Shown: positions 50,556-63,990 of the stretch, piece after piece
Numbering within the stretch: the stretch's first letter is position 1
Layout: each line of letters begins with the position of its first letter
Assembly (NCBI RefSeq): GCF_963921235.1
Contig: NC_086108.1
Location: forward strand, 108,130,001 to 108,194,000
Origin: Mobula hypostoma
Taxonomy: Eukaryota
Direction of reading: 5' to 3'
Length of the DNA: 64,000 nucleotides
Program-made: the position numbers and the translations under genes
The notes under the pieces: model-generated
Seen by the model: only the letters and a program-made list of their open reading frames with translations
What the model was told of the DNA's origin: nothing
The model's database searches: none

Positions 50556-53500
50556 AAGGATTCTGTAATATTGCTTAATGGCACAAAGCATCTGTGTCAG
50601 TAGACTCCCCCTCCAATGAACAGCAGGCAGGCAAATTCAGTAGAAGAGGCCACCATGCTGACTTGCGAAAATTACCTCAGTTTGAAAGATTCAACAGCTT
50701 GAAGTGATCTTCCAAAATTATAAGGAAGGAATATTTAAGGAGAATGATGTCTGCAGTTCTGGTCACCTACCAATATGAAAGATATCAATAAGATCGGAAC
50801 AGTGTGGAGAAAGTTTCATAGGATATTGTTGGTACTTGAGAATCTGAATTATAGAGAAATGTTGAATAGTTTAGGACTTTACTCCCTGGAGCGTAGAAGA
50901 ATGAGAGGAGATTTGATAGAGATATACAAAATGATGAGATGTATAGATAGAGTAAATTTAAACAGGCTTTTACCATTGAGGTTGGGTGAGACTACAACTA
51001 GACGTCATGGGTTAAGGGTGAAAGGTGAAATGTTTAAGTTCAACCCAAAGTGGAATTTCCTTACTTAGAACGTGGTGAGAGTATGGAACGAGCTACCAAC
51101 AGAAGTGGTGGATACGGGTTTGATTTCAATATTAAAGGGAAGTTTGGATAGGTACAGTACATCAATGGGGGGGCGGGTTGTGTATGGAGGGCTATGGTCC
51201 AGGAACAGCTCAATAGACTAGGCAGAATAACAGTTTGGCATGAACTAAATGGGCCGAAGGTTCTGTTTCTGTGCTGTAGTGTTCGATGCTTTCTATGACT
51301 ATGAGAAGCACCATAAGATTCGCTAATTAAAATTTATGCACTGTTAAGCTGTGGCAGCAGAGAACAGTTTTTTATGGAGTCCGATGGAACTCTGCCATCT
51401 CTCTCCAGAGGATATCAATGCCTGTCAAGCAACAGAAACTTACATCTTTTCTTTTTTCGATTTTGGTGCAAGGATCCTTTTACTGTGGCTGAACATGAAG
51501 GAATGAATTTAGAATGTGTGTCTGGATGCAAATTGGCACCGGCCACAGAGAATCTGTGTCTGCCATGTTCACTGACGGCTCTGGAACAGGCAGCCACACA
51601 ATGGCAGCATTCGCTGGTGGTTTGAGGCTTTTCCCTCTGCCTGGGTAGCTGTATTTTACCAGATGTCAGTGGGGCGCAGGAGTGAAGCCATGGTGGACAG
51701 TCCACCTTCCTTATCTTGCACTGTACTGCTGCCACAAAACAGCAGATACCATGATATAAGGTAGCAGGAACATCAATTTCTCTAGCTTCTGGAAACAACC
51801 ATCCTCTGTTTTCCAACCCTCCTTGTCTTGTTTTCACTAATTCTGGAGACCCTCTCAGCCATTCTCTTACACAGCCTTCACCTACACCTTCCTCCTCTGC
51901 ATCCCCACCTCCTTCCCTTTCTCCCGTGATTCTTCTTCAGCCATTTACCTCTTCCACCCACCCCCTCCCAGCTTCCTTTATCTCAGCCCTTGGCACCTGA
52001 GCTTCAATTGTAAGAATGAGGAATGCAAGGGGAGGGACGGTAGAATAATGCTTGACAGTGTCAGCGGCCAGCGTTGCTGTCTGTAAGGAGTTCGTGCCTT
52101 TACCACGAGGGTTCTCTCCGGCTGCTCTGGTTTCATCCCCACTTTCCAAGCACTAGTGAGTTGTGAACATGCTTTGTTGACGCCGGAGGCATATTGACCC
52201 CAGCACATCATCAGACTGTGCTGGTCATCGATGCAAAATGACACATCTCACATTGCGTTTCGATGCATTTACTTGTGACAAGTAAAACTAATCTCACTTG
52301 TGATTTTCACCTCCTTCTCGGCCAAGTGCAACACCAGAGGACAAAATTCTAAAAAAAAAAGCTGAAGATCCTGGAAAATCTGAGTTTAAATCAGAAATTA
52401 CCAAAAAAAAAATCACAGACAATAGAGAAACAGATCCTAGACCCTTTATCAGATCTTGGAAAGAGAGAGAGCTCTTGGAGTTTATAGAGATAAAACAAAT
52501 GAGGGACTGAGAACCCACCCACCGCGTTTAGGGTCCCAATTGATACACTGCATGATCAATTGGCTGCATGTGTGCTTGCCACAGTCTCACAATCGATCCA
52601 ATGCAGTTCCTGTTTATTATTGTCACATGTACTGAGATTTACCAGAATATTACCTACATTTGGGGGCCTAAGTTACAAGAAGAGGTTGCTTCAAGTTGGA
52701 CTTTAATTCCCTGGAATTTAGGAGATTAAGGGATGACCTGATAGAGTCATCGGGCCCTCTATATGTGGAGGGCTCTCACTGTTTTGGCGTAGGCATTCAA
52801 ATGCACGTGTTTTCATTTCGACGGGCCTGGTTTGTCGGTCCCACATAGTAAGTTGTCCAGTGTGTACTGCTACTTACACGATTCAGTAAAAACGTTTAAT
52901 CATACCACTCCATTGTCATTCTGGCTCCAAGCATACGTAACAAAACCAATTCCAATTACCTCCACCACACCTAAAAGGATTCAAAGTTCATTTACTATCA
53001 AAGTGCGTATGTAGTATACAACCCTGTTTGTCTCTCCACCAACAGCCATGAAACAAAGAAAGCCAATCAAAGAAAATCATCGACCCCCCCTCCATACCCC
53101 CGCCCCGTGCAAACGGTAGCAAAAAGAATGAGTGAAGACACAGAATATAAAACACAAGAATGAAAGACTCCATATTCAATTCAGCTCAGTGTTCATTATC
53201 TGTAGGTCACCCCAGAAACCACATCACAATGTTCACACACTCCGTTAATCTGTCATGATTTTCTCCCTCGTTTATTTTATCCCCAAGAACTGCAGGAGCT
53301 CTTGGTGTTTCCAAGATCTGATAAGATCATGAGGGTGACAGCACGTAGCCTTTTCTCAGGAAGGGGGTGTTAACAACAAGAGGGCAGAGTTTACGATCAG
53401 AGGTGAGACACCAGCTTCTTCACGCAGAGAGTGGTACATATTTGGATTGAACTGTCAGAAAAGAGGGAGGTGGCAGGAGACTGGGCCCGAGAGGAAAATT

Positions 53501-53801
53501 GGATCAGCCATGATGGAATGGCGGAGCCAACTCAATGGGCCAAGTGGCTTAATTCTGCTCCTATATCTTAGGGCCTATGGTCTTATTGAAATAGTGGTTG
53601 GCGTGGGCATCATTAGAAACACTTAAAAATCCATCTAGATAAATACATTTCGAAGACAGGTTTACAGGAATATGAGCATTTGTGGGCAGATGGGACTACA
53701 GCTCATTGGCATCACAGTTGGCTTGGATGGATTGGGGCAAAGGTGCTGTACGACTCCATGAGATACTGTCATACAAAATTTCCTTTTGCATGCCATCCAT
53801 A

Positions 53802-54110
53802 TATTTACTTATGTCCATTACGCCGCTGGCATTTAGGTCAGCAATGCAGGTCCTCCATCTCCATCTATGTAAAAGAATTCTTCATTGTTGTCTGCGCAAA
53901 CAATTTTTTTCTGACCAGTCAGGGTTGTCAGCCTGAGCTGAACCCCTGAACCTGGAGGACCAGTGGACCACTCTTAGTCTGGTCTCTGCCCTTTGACATC
54001 TGTGGCACGGGTGACCCTACCATAAAGCCCTGACTCCAGCCAACATAGCTCTCCAGGTCATTGAGGTACCCAGTCCTCAAAACCCAATGACAAATTTGTG
54101 GTCCTCTTGA
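53802..54110 (-). mobile_element. Probable non-autonomous RTE-related short element (5' UTR-like head fused to 3' tail)
   Basis: Minus strand ...cctcaatgacctggagagctatg...ggtagggtcaccc... head and ...agatggaggacc...tgctgacctaaatgccagcggcgtaatgg..(aagt) tail, both resembling RTE termini from memory. Confidence 0.55.
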
Positions 54111-54367
54111 AGGGCCACCCACGTAAAGCACATCAAAACAAAGGTACACCAAAATATTACAGGGGAAAGGTTCCATCATGGCCTTTAGGATTGCAAAGTT
54201 GGAGAAAAAAGCTATAGATGGATGTGGGGACAAAGGACCAGTGGTTTGTAATTGGAGGGTAATGTTGATTGAGATCCACACTAGACATTGTGGGCCAAAT
54301 GTTTTCTTCCTGTGCTGTTTGGTGTTCCTTTGATGGTATGATCCATCTGGGAATGGTTGGCAGGTAC

Positions 54368-54516
54368 TTTCAGGCCCAGACCCTTCCTGACGAAGGGTCT
54401 CAGCCTGAAACGTCCACTGTACCTCTTCCCAGAGATGCTGCCTGACTTGCTGCGTTCACCAGCAACTTTGATGTGTGTTGCTTGAATTTCCAGCATCTGC
54501 AGAATTCCTCGTGTTT
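54368..54516 (+). mobile_element. Short PLE-end insertion with a 19-bp 5' inversion and TSD
   Basis: ggtactttca at 54363-54372 and 54517-54526; tttcaggcccagacccttc-ctgac-gaagggtctcagcctgaaa hairpin. Confidence 0.85.
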
Positions 54517-55111
54517 GGTACTTTCAACCTGTTAGGAGTAACTCTACATAAACACACAAGAGGAACACCAGGGGCCAGTTTCTATGCTGTATAACTCAAC
54601 TACACTCAGACTCAGCTAGTCATTATTAACAAGCAGGATGCTAGAGGAACTCAGCAGGTCGGGCAGCATCTATGAAGGGGAATAAACTGTCGATGTTTCA
54701 GGCCGAGACCTTTCTTCAGGACTGGAAAGGAAGGGGGAAGAAGACAGAATAAGAAGGTGATGGGATGGGAAGAAGGACAAGCTGTAAGGTGATAGGTGAG
54801 ACCAGGTGAAGGAGAAGGTGGGTGGATGAAATAGGAAGCTGGGAGGTGATGAGTGGAAAAGGTAAAGAGCTGAAGAAGAAGGAATCTGATAGATGAGGAG
54901 AGTGAACCATGGGAGGAGGGGCAACTGAGGGAGGTAACAGGCAGGTGAAGAGAAGAGAAGGGGCAAAAGTGGAACCAGAATGAGGAATGGAAAAAGAAAG
55001 GGGGGGGGAGATCAAAGTTCATGCCAACTGTTGGAAGCTACCCAGACAGGATTTGAGGGGTAGCTCATTTAATGGAGTAGCCGTTGCTTTTAAATTTCGC
55101 CAGCCCCCTTT

Positions 55112-55276
55112 CCCCCCAGTGTTGCTGCAACTCAGAGGTCAACAGGACATCCTGGTGGTGGGATGAAATCACTGCTGATCAGACGTTTGCCTCTGTCTCG
55201 TGTCTGCAGTAACTAGGTTAGTGGCAGAGCCTAACGAGGCCTTCCTCGTGCAGGTGTTTGTGATTAGCTGTGGGAT
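55112..55276 (+). repeat. 165-bp segment duplicated at 56827-56991
   Basis: Direct repeat, about 6 substitutions. Confidence 0.9.
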
Positions 55277-56826
55277 TTTTAAGACAAGCACTAAGCTGAA
55301 ACATATTTGAAGATTAAGATGAGAGTAATGGCTTTTATAAATATCTGTTTGTGCAGGGTTTTTATTTAGAAAGGCTGATGCAACAGATTCGAAACATTGT
55401 TGGAACACGATATGCCTGCAAGTAAGACCTTAAGACATAAGAACAGAATTCGGCCATTCGGTCCATCAAGTCTGCTCCTTGTAGCCTTTGTCTCCCTGAC
55501 TAATCAAGAAACTATCAACCTCCGTTTTAAATATACTTGGCCTCCAAAACTGCCTGTGGAAATAAATTCCTCAGATTCACCACTCTCTGGTAAAAGAAAT
55601 TCCTCCTCACCTCTCTTCTAAATGAACGTCCCTCTATTCTGAGGCTGTGCCCTGCTTGTCCCAGAGGAAAAGGGTGCAGCAAGGACCCATGGAGAATCCT
55701 ATGGACAATGCTTTACCCTGTGGTGCCCAGGATCAGAACACTCATTCCCATGACATGAATGGAAGAGATGGGTGGCCCCCGGAAATATGACAAGCCTGTG
55801 GCAGGGGTGCTGTTTTAGATTCATAGGGTCATACAGCGTGGAAATCGCCCTTCAGCCCAATTCATCCATTCTGACCAAGGTATGAACCCATGAGCTGTAC
55901 CTCACTATTCCTCTTTTGCATATTTATCAGTTTATTTTTTATTGTAACTTATAGTATTTTTATGTCATTCTGCCACAAAACGACAAGGTTTGTGACATAT
56001 ATCAGTGATAATAAGCCTGATTCTGATTCTGAATGCAGCAGTGGACCCGCCAGGTCAGGGGGGCACAGGGGGATTGTGGAATTGTTCCGAACTCAGGGCC
56101 AAGATCAAGGATGGTGGTAAATCTTCACAGTCTGCCAGTGTGCCACCATCTCTTTTTGTAGAATGCCCGCCCCACTGCAAGGATACACGTGGAAGAGTAG
56201 CACACACAAAATGCTGGAGGAACTTAGCAGGTCAGGCAGCGTCTAAGGGATTTTCGGGCCCCCTCTTCAGGACTGAGAAGGAAGGGGGAAGATGCCAGGC
56301 TGAAAATGTGGGGGCTTGGGGAAGAGGGAAAACTGGAGGGTGATTGGTGAAGCCAGGTGGGTGGGAAAGATAAAATACTGGAGAGGAAAGAATCTAATAG
56401 GAGTGGGGAGTGGACCGCAGGAGAGAGGGAAGGAGGAGGGGACCCAGGGGAGCTGATAGGCAGGGGAGGAGAGGTGAGAAGCCAGAGTGGGAATAGAAGG
56501 AAAGGGGAGGGGGTGGGGGGGGAATGGAGAGATAGTCTGGTTAAATCACTAATCATGCTAAATGTAAGGTCGTGACATCAAAATAGTTGCTGGTTATGAC
56601 TGGAGGAGAAGCCATCTAATCTTATATCAAATCATTTTCCTTTGATTATGCACCACAGAGTCGTAGAACACTAGAGCATGGAAACAGTCCCCTCAGTCCA
56701 TCTAGTTTGTGCCACACTTGTTATTCTCCGTTATTCCATTGACCTGCACCTGGACAATAGCCCTTCATATTTCACCCATCCATATACCTATCCAACTTTC
56801 TCTTAAATGTTACAATTGAACCCGCA

Positions 56827-56991
56827 CCCCCCAGTGTTGCTGCAACTCAGAGGTCAACAGGACATCCTGGTGGTGGGATGAGATCACTGCTGATCAGACA
56901 TTTGCCTATGTCTCGTGTCTGCAGTAACTAGGTTAGTGGCAGAGCCTAACGAGGCCTTCCTCGTGCAGGTGGTTGTGATTAACTATGGGAT
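56827..56991 (+). repeat. Second copy of 55112-55276, inside a CR1 fragment
   Basis: Interrupts a minus-strand CR1 3' fragment between ...gaacccgcac and ccacactcacaccaccctctg. Confidence 0.9.
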
Positions 56992-57467
56992 CCACACTCA
57001 CACCACCCTCTGATTGAAGAACTTTCCCCCTCAGTATCCCCTTAAACATTTCACTTTCACCCTTAACCCATGACCTCTAGTTCTGCCTCAGCTGAAAAAG
57101 CCTGCTTGCATTTACCCTGTCTATGCCCCTCATGATTTTGTATACCTCTATCAAATCTCCTCTGATTCAGCTGTGCTCCAGGGAATAAAGTCCCAAGTAT
57201 TCACCTGTAGTATTTCCCTATAACATAGGTCTTCAAGTCTCAGCAACATCCATCTAAATGGATGCAAACGTAGCGTCATGATTAGCACGATGCTGTTACA
57301 GCTTGGGGCATTGGAGTTCGGAGCTCAATTCAGGCGTCCTCTGTAAGCAAGTTTTATGCTCTTTCTCATGTGTGCTTGAGTTTCCTCTGGGTGCTCCAGT
57401 TTCCTCCCACGATCCAAAGGCATACCAGTTAGTAGGTTTATTGGTAATTGTAAATTGTTCTGTAATT

Positions 57468-57749
57468 TTATAGGCATCTGTTAGTCTCGTGAGACCATGG
57501 ATTTGTGCCTCACAAGGTTGTATGGAAGACCGGCAGTTGCCCATGCTGCAAGTCTCCCCTCTCCACACCACCGATGTTGTCCAAGGGAAGGGCATTAGGA
57601 CCCATACAGCTTGGCACCAGTGTCGTCGCAGAGCAATGTGTGGTTAAGTGTCTTGCTCAAGGACACACACGCTGCCTCAGCCAAGGCTCGAACTAGCGAC
57701 CTTCAGATCACTAGACGAACGCCTTAATCATTTGGCCATGCGCCAACAC
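57468..57749 (-). mobile_element. tRNA-derived SINE (third family) nested in a V-SINE-like element
   Basis: Minus head gtgttggcgcatggccaaatgattaaggcg...gctagttcgagcc...gtgtccttgagcaagacacttaacc; ctgtaatt duplicated at 57460-57467 and 57752-57759. Confidence 0.75.
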
Positions 57750-58607
57750 TCCTGTAATTAGGGTAGGGTTAAATATGTGGGTTGCTGGGCAGCACAGCTT
57801 GAAGGGCCTGGCGACCTTTTTCCATGTTGTATCTCTAATTAAGTCAATAAATCATCTATGTACTCTTTCAATCTTATTGATATCTTTCCTGAAGGTAGGT
57901 AACCTACCTACCTTTTAGTGGAAACTGGGTTGCCAAAGATTTTCCACTGGCATGTCCATGTGAGATCATTTACTGGTATGGAGACCTTTCATTGTTGTCC
58001 ATCCTTCGGCGGTCAACCCTTAGCAGATGATCAGTGAATGGTACACTTGTCAAGGGACCAAAATCAAATTGCAAGGAGAAAAAAGAAACCTATGGAACAA
58101 TTGAGGCAGTCAGTGAGGAAGCACATCTCCTTTGACTGTGTAACGAGAGGTGCTGAAACTATAAGGTGATGGATTGCACGGATTGCAAGTGGAGACCTGA
58201 GTTCCTTCTCTCAGTTTCCCACTGGACCTGGCACAGTTGCTGTTAATATTCAGGGACCATGAACATTGTCTACAGGCAGGTAGATGCTGAAAACATCCAC
58301 ACAAGATTCCTGTGAGTTCAGTTTACCCCAGGATGTAAGTTCCTTGAAACTGGTTCCAATCCTGTTAAACACGGAGCGTCGGGCGATGAGGAGGATTTGA
58401 ATGTTCATTCACCACCATTTTAAGTGCTCAGTGCTGACCCATACCTTTTCCCAAGCCTCAGCCTGCAGAGTTCCTCCTGTTCCTGAGCTTTTCCCTGCTT
58501 TCTCAGGCCCAAAGCCACTTAACTTTTACACTTGTAATACCCAGCACTTAATTTTTATAATGTTCCAATTAGCTATAATGAATGTTGGAATCTCCCAAGG
58601 CATTGTA

Positions 58608-59050
58608 CTCTCCCTCTGTCCCTCTCTATCTCTATCACTATTTCTCTCTCTCTTTCTCTTCCTCTCTATCTCTCTCCCTTTCTCTGTCTCTGTCTCTCCC
58701 TCCTTCTCTTCCTCTCTTTCTCCCCCTTTCTGTCTCTGTCTATATATCTATCTCCCTTTTGTCTCCCTCTCTCTATCTCCCTCCCCCCCCCTTCTCTTCC
58801 TCTCTTTCCTTTTCTCTCTCTCGGTCTCTCTCTCTTTCTGCCACTTTCCCTCTTTCTCTTCCTCTCTCCCTCTCCCTTTTCTTTTTCTCTCACTTCCTTT
58901 TATTTTCTCTTTCTCCTTTTTCTTTGTCTTGAACATTTTTTCATTCTTCATTCCTTTCCTTTTCTCTCCTGCTCGTCCACCCTCCCTCCTTGCCTCATTT
59001 GGTTCTTTCTCTCCCACTCTATCCACTTTCTTCCCCTTTTCCCCCTCAGT
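58608..59050. repeat. Polypyrimidine (CT-rich) tract
   Basis: About 440 bp mostly C/T. Confidence 0.95.
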
Positions 59051-60256
59051 CCTATTCTCAAGCTGTGACTCCTGTCTTAATGATGTGAGGGAATGTATTA
59101 GGAATTTGTTGTGATATGTTGTTCAGGACATGTCATGCAACAAAAACAACATTCAACAATTATATGAATAAAGAATTTAAAAAATATAAAGTTAATGTAT
59201 GGAAATGGTATAAAATATGCATAAATAGATAAATATCATATTAACAATGTAAACAGCATTATAAAAATTAGTTTAAGGTGTTTACAGTGCAGTGATGAGG
59301 TCACTAGAGAGGGTGGGGGTGCGTAGGGAGTTAACTAGAATGGTTGATCAGATACACTGCCTAGGGTAAAGAAACTTCTAAAATGGCGAGAAGTTTTTGT
59401 TTTAAAAGCCCTATGGCGATTTCCAGAAGGGAGTTTTAGTAACAGGTATTTTGCAAGGTGGGTAAAATCTGCAATGACTTTTCCCGCCCACTTCTTTGTC
59501 CTGGACAAAGACAATTATGCAGAGACACATAATGTTTGTGTGTGTGTGATCACACATTCAGGTGCCGAGTGCAATGGGATTATGGCAAGCAGCATTGCTA
59601 CTGGAAGACTCTGGGTTGGATATATGCCCGGTGGCTATGCTTTCATTCATTTGCTAATTATGGAACTCTTGGCTAAAAATACTTTCTCAGGTTGCGTGTA
59701 TGATCTTAAGCCTGTTTTGCCTCTCTCTCTGCAAAGAGTCGCATAGGGGAGAGGACAAGACTATTAAAAAATGGAATGCTGAGGCTTTATGAGGCATGGG
59801 CAGACTGTACTTGGGGTATTGTGAGCAGTTTTGAGCACTTTATCCAATGTGCTGGCATTGGAGAGGGCCCAGAGGACATTCAACAGAATGATCCCAGGGA
59901 TGAAAGGGTTAACATGTGATGAGGGTTTGATGGATCTGGGCTAGTACTCGCTGGAATTTAGGAGAATGAATCCTGAGTAAAGGCCTTGATCTGAAACATT
60001 GTTTGTTCCTCTCCATCGATGCTGCCTGACCTACTGAGTTCCTCCAGCATTTGGAGTGTGTTGCTCATTGTATTCTTGATGTTCTTCCTTTCTGAGCCTT
60101 GTGGCGCATCGGCTGGTAACCTCGCTGTTTCTTTAGCATTTTTGCCTGATTTTTATGAGACTGAGTTGCTAGCTCGATGCTCGACCCAGCACGGATGGAA
60201 AGTGTGGAAGGAGCCAGCCAGATTCGAACCAGGGGCCAGTCGCCTCGAAATCCAGT

Positions 60257-60354
60257 GCATTCACTATCTTCACTATCACCTGTATTCTGTATTCACTATC
60301 TTCTCTGTCGTCTGCATTCTGCATTCACTATCTTCAGAATCATCTGCATTCTGC
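60257..60354. repeat. Short imperfect tandem repeat (tctgcattctgcattcactatcttc-like, about 3 copies)
   Basis: Direct reading. Confidence 0.7.
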
Positions 60355-60609
60355 AGATCACCACAGTCCTCTATTCCAGGCAACATGCCAGCAAAGATGA
60401 AGGATAGTGATAGATTCAGACAGAATGGGAAATGGCCCTTCGGCCCATTTGGCTCATGCCGACCATGATTCCAATTTAAGCTTGTGCCATTTCCTGCATT
60501 TCAGGTCAAGTGAAGTCAAGTCGCTTTTTATCGTCATTGCGACCATAAACGTCTGGTACAGTACACAGTATAAACAAAACAACATTCCTCCAGGACCGTG
60601 GTGCTACAT

Positions 60610-60700
60610 GAAACAACACAAAACTACATTAGACTAAGTGAGACAACACAAGGCTACACTAGACTATGTAAGACAACACAAAAACTACACTAGACTACAG
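60610..60700. repeat. Tandem repeat of about 30 bp (acaacacaaaactacactagacta), 3 copies, within a minus-strand LINE 3' UTR
   Basis: Direct reading; preceded by an (aagtc)n tail. Confidence 0.75.
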
Positions 60701-61323
60701 ACCTACACAGGACTACATAAAGTGCACAAAACAGTGCAGGGCACGGTTCCTATCCCTCTGCACCTTCAGGAAAGGTTTAAACAATGTTGAAAGACAACAG
60801 AGGAAATTTACAAGGATGTAGCCGGGACTGAGGGACTTGAGTTATAAGGAAAGACTGAATGTTAGGACTTTATTTCTTGTAACATAGAAGATTGGGAGGA
60901 GATTTGATAGAGGTATGCAAAATGATGAAGGGTATACATAGCGTAAATGCAAGCAGACTTTTCCACTGAGGTTGAGTGGGACTGCAACCAGAGGTCATGG
61001 GTTAAGGGCAAAAGGTGAAAAGTTTAAGGGGAACATGAGGAAAAACATCTTTACTAAGAGGGTCATGAGAGTGTGGAAGGAGCTGCCTGTACAAATGCTG
61101 CATGCAAACTCGTTTTCAACACTTAAGAGAAGTTTGGATAGGTAAATGGATGGTAGGGTAGGGCTATGGAGGGCTATGGTCCCAGTTCAGGTCCATGGCA
61201 GCAGACAGTTTAAATGCCTCAGCATGGACTGGATGGGCTGAAAGACCTGTTTCTGTGCTGTACTTCTTCATGACTCTATGACATTACCTATCCATTTACC
61301 CGCTCAGAAATGATGTTAATGTA

Positions 61324-62824
61324 CACTGGTGCTAGGAAGTTTGTAAACCCTGTAGTTTGCTCTGTTTCTACATATATATGACCAAAAATGTGATCAGATA
61401 TTCACCCAAGTCCTAAAACTAGATAAAGACAACCCAATTAAATAAATAACATAGAAAAAACATTATACTTGTTCATTTATTTATTGAGGAAAATGATCCA
61501 GTATTATATGTATTTGTTGGAAGAAGTATGTGAACCTATAGGGTAATGTCTTCTACAAAAGCTATTTGGAGTCAGGTATTCCAGTCAATGAGATGAGATT
61601 GGAGGTGTGGATTGTAGAGGTGGCTCACCCTGTAAAAAAAGACACACGAAGTCAGGTTACTGATAGAGCTTGCTCTCCTCCAGAAAGATCTGTTTATGTG
61701 CACCATGCCTCGATCAAAACAACATTCCAAGGACCTTAGAAGAGGAATCGTAGAAATGCATGAAGCTCGAAAAGGCTATAAAAACATTTCTAAATATCTG
61801 AGTGTTTATCAGTCCACAGTAAGAGAAATTATTTACAAATAGAAGAAACTCAGTCCTGTTCTACTCTCCCTAAGAGTGAGTGTCCTGCAAAGATCACACC
61901 AACAGCACAATGTGCAATGCTCAGTGGAGGTGAAAAAGAACCCAAGGGTAACAGCAAAAGACCTGCAGAACTCTTGTGAACTTCCTAAAGTCTCTGTTCA
62001 TGTGTCCACTGTAGGAAAAAACACTGAACAAGAATGGTGTTCATGGAATGGCACTACGTAGGAAACCACTGCTCTCCAAAAAAAACATTGCTGCTTGTCT
62101 CAAGTTTGCAAAAGCCCATCTGTGTATTCTACAATGCTTCTGAAACAACGTTCTGTGGACAGATGATACAGAAGTTGAACATTTTAAAAGAAATGCACAT
62201 TGCTATGTTTGGAGGGAAAAGGGCAATGCACACCAACACCAAAACCTCATCCCACCTGTGAAGCATGGTGGAAGGAGCTTCATGGTTTGGGGCTGCTTTG
62301 CTACTTCAGGGCCTGGACAGCTTGCCATTGTTGAGAGAACAATGAATTCAAAATTGTATCAAGACATTTTACAGGAAAATATTAGGGTAGTAGTCATTCA
62401 CCTGAAGCTTAATAGAAGTTGAATAATGCAACAAGACAATGATCCAAAAGACTAGAGCAAATCACCAACAGAATGGTTTAAGAAGAAGAAAATTTGTGTC
62501 TAGAAATGGCCAAATCCTGACCTTAATCCTATAGAAAAGTTGTGGAAGAACCTGAAGCAAGCAGTTCGTGCAAGGAAGTCCACCAACATCCCAGAGGTGA
62601 GGCATTTTGTAAGGAGGAATGGCTTAAAATTCCTCACAGCCGATGTGCAGGACTGATCAACAGTTACCAGAAAAGTCTGGTTGAAGTTATTGCTGCACAA
62701 GGGGGTCACACCAGCTAATGAAAGCAAAGATTCACATACTTTTTCCAACAAATACATGTAATATTGGATAATTTTTCTCAATAAATAAATGAACAACTAT
62801 AATGTTTTTTGTGTTATTTATTTA
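61324..62824 (+). mobile_element. Tc1/mariner transposon, IR/DR type; right TIR truncated
   Basis: TA at 61322-61323, left TIR about 61324-61536 with outer and inner DRs (aagtttgtaaaccc / aagtatgtgaacc). 62731-62824 is the reverse complement of the inner part of the left TIR. Confidence 0.9.
61705..62721 (+). pseudogene. Tc1-like DD34E transposase pseudogene
   Basis: MPRSKQHSKDLRRGIVEMHEARKGYKNISK...VLWTDDTEVE...KHGGRSFMVWGCF...QQDNDPK...PDLNPIEKLW; stops, frameshifts and an apparent 6-nt loss in WPSQSPDL. Confidence 0.9.
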
Positions 62825-63042
62825 TGTACCTGACTCAACTGCTTTCTCTGGCAGCTCATTCCATATAGAACATAGAACAATACAGCCTAGGTACAGGCCC
62901 TTCAGCCCACAAATCTGTGCCAAACAAATTAAACTACTAATCAAACGACCAACTAAACCAATCCCTTTTGCTGACAAAATCTCCATTTCCTTCCATTTTC
63001 CCCACATTCATGTGCCTACCTAAACGTCTCTTGAAAGTTCCT

Positions 63043-63990
63043 AATGATGATGGAATTGATGGCTTTTTTTGTAAAGCTTGAAGATGATACAAAGATCGTT
63101 GGGGAGACATGTGGTTATGAGGAAGGAGGGTGGCTACAGAAGAGGTTTAGACAGATTAGGAGAATGGGAAAAGAGTGGCAGATTGAATTCAGAGTCGGGA
63201 AGTGTATGGTCATGCCTTTGATAGAAGAAATGAAAGAATTGACTATTTTCTCACTGTTACAAAAATCTGAGATGCAAAAGGATTTGGGTGTCCTTGTGCA
63301 GGATTCCCTAATGGTTAATTTGAAGGTTGAGTCTGTGGTGAGGAAGGCAAATGCAATGTTAGCATTCATTTCAAGAGGACTGGAATATAAAAGCAAGGAT
63401 GTAATATTGAGACTTTATAAAGCACTGGTGAAGCCTCACTTGGAGTATTGTGAGCAGTTTTGGGCCCCTTATCTTAGAAAGGATGTGCTGAAACTCAAGA
63501 AAGTCCAAAGGGGATTCACAAAAATGATTCCAGGATTGAATGGCTTATCACACGAAGAGTGTTTGATGGCTCAGAACCTGTATTACCCAGAATTGAAAAG
63601 AATGGGGGGTGACTTAATTGAAACCTAGAAAACGGTGATAGGCCTTGATAGAATGGATGTGGAGGGGATGATTCCTATGATGGGAGTCTAAGACCGGAGG
63701 ACACAGTTTCAGAATAGAGGGATGTCCTTTTAGAATAGAGATGAAGAGGAATTTCTTTCGCCAGAGAGTGGTGAATCTGTGGAATTCTTTGCTACAGGCA
63801 GCTGTTCAGGCCAAGTCTTAATGTATATTTAAGGCAGAGGTTGATGGGATCTTGATTAGTCAGGGTGTGAAAAATTATGAGGAGATGACAGGAGAATGGG
63901 TTTGAGAAGGAAGTGGATCAGCTCTAATGAAATGGCAGAGCAGACTCGATGGGCCATATAGCCTAATTTTGATTCCGTATCTTAGGGTCT
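63043..63990 (+). mobile_element. CR1 LINE ORF2 3' fragment with tail
   Basis: EDDTKI...KDLGVLV...LYKALVKPHLEYCEQFWAPYLRKD...VQRGFTKMIPGL, then the CR1 3' UTR. Confidence 0.9.
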
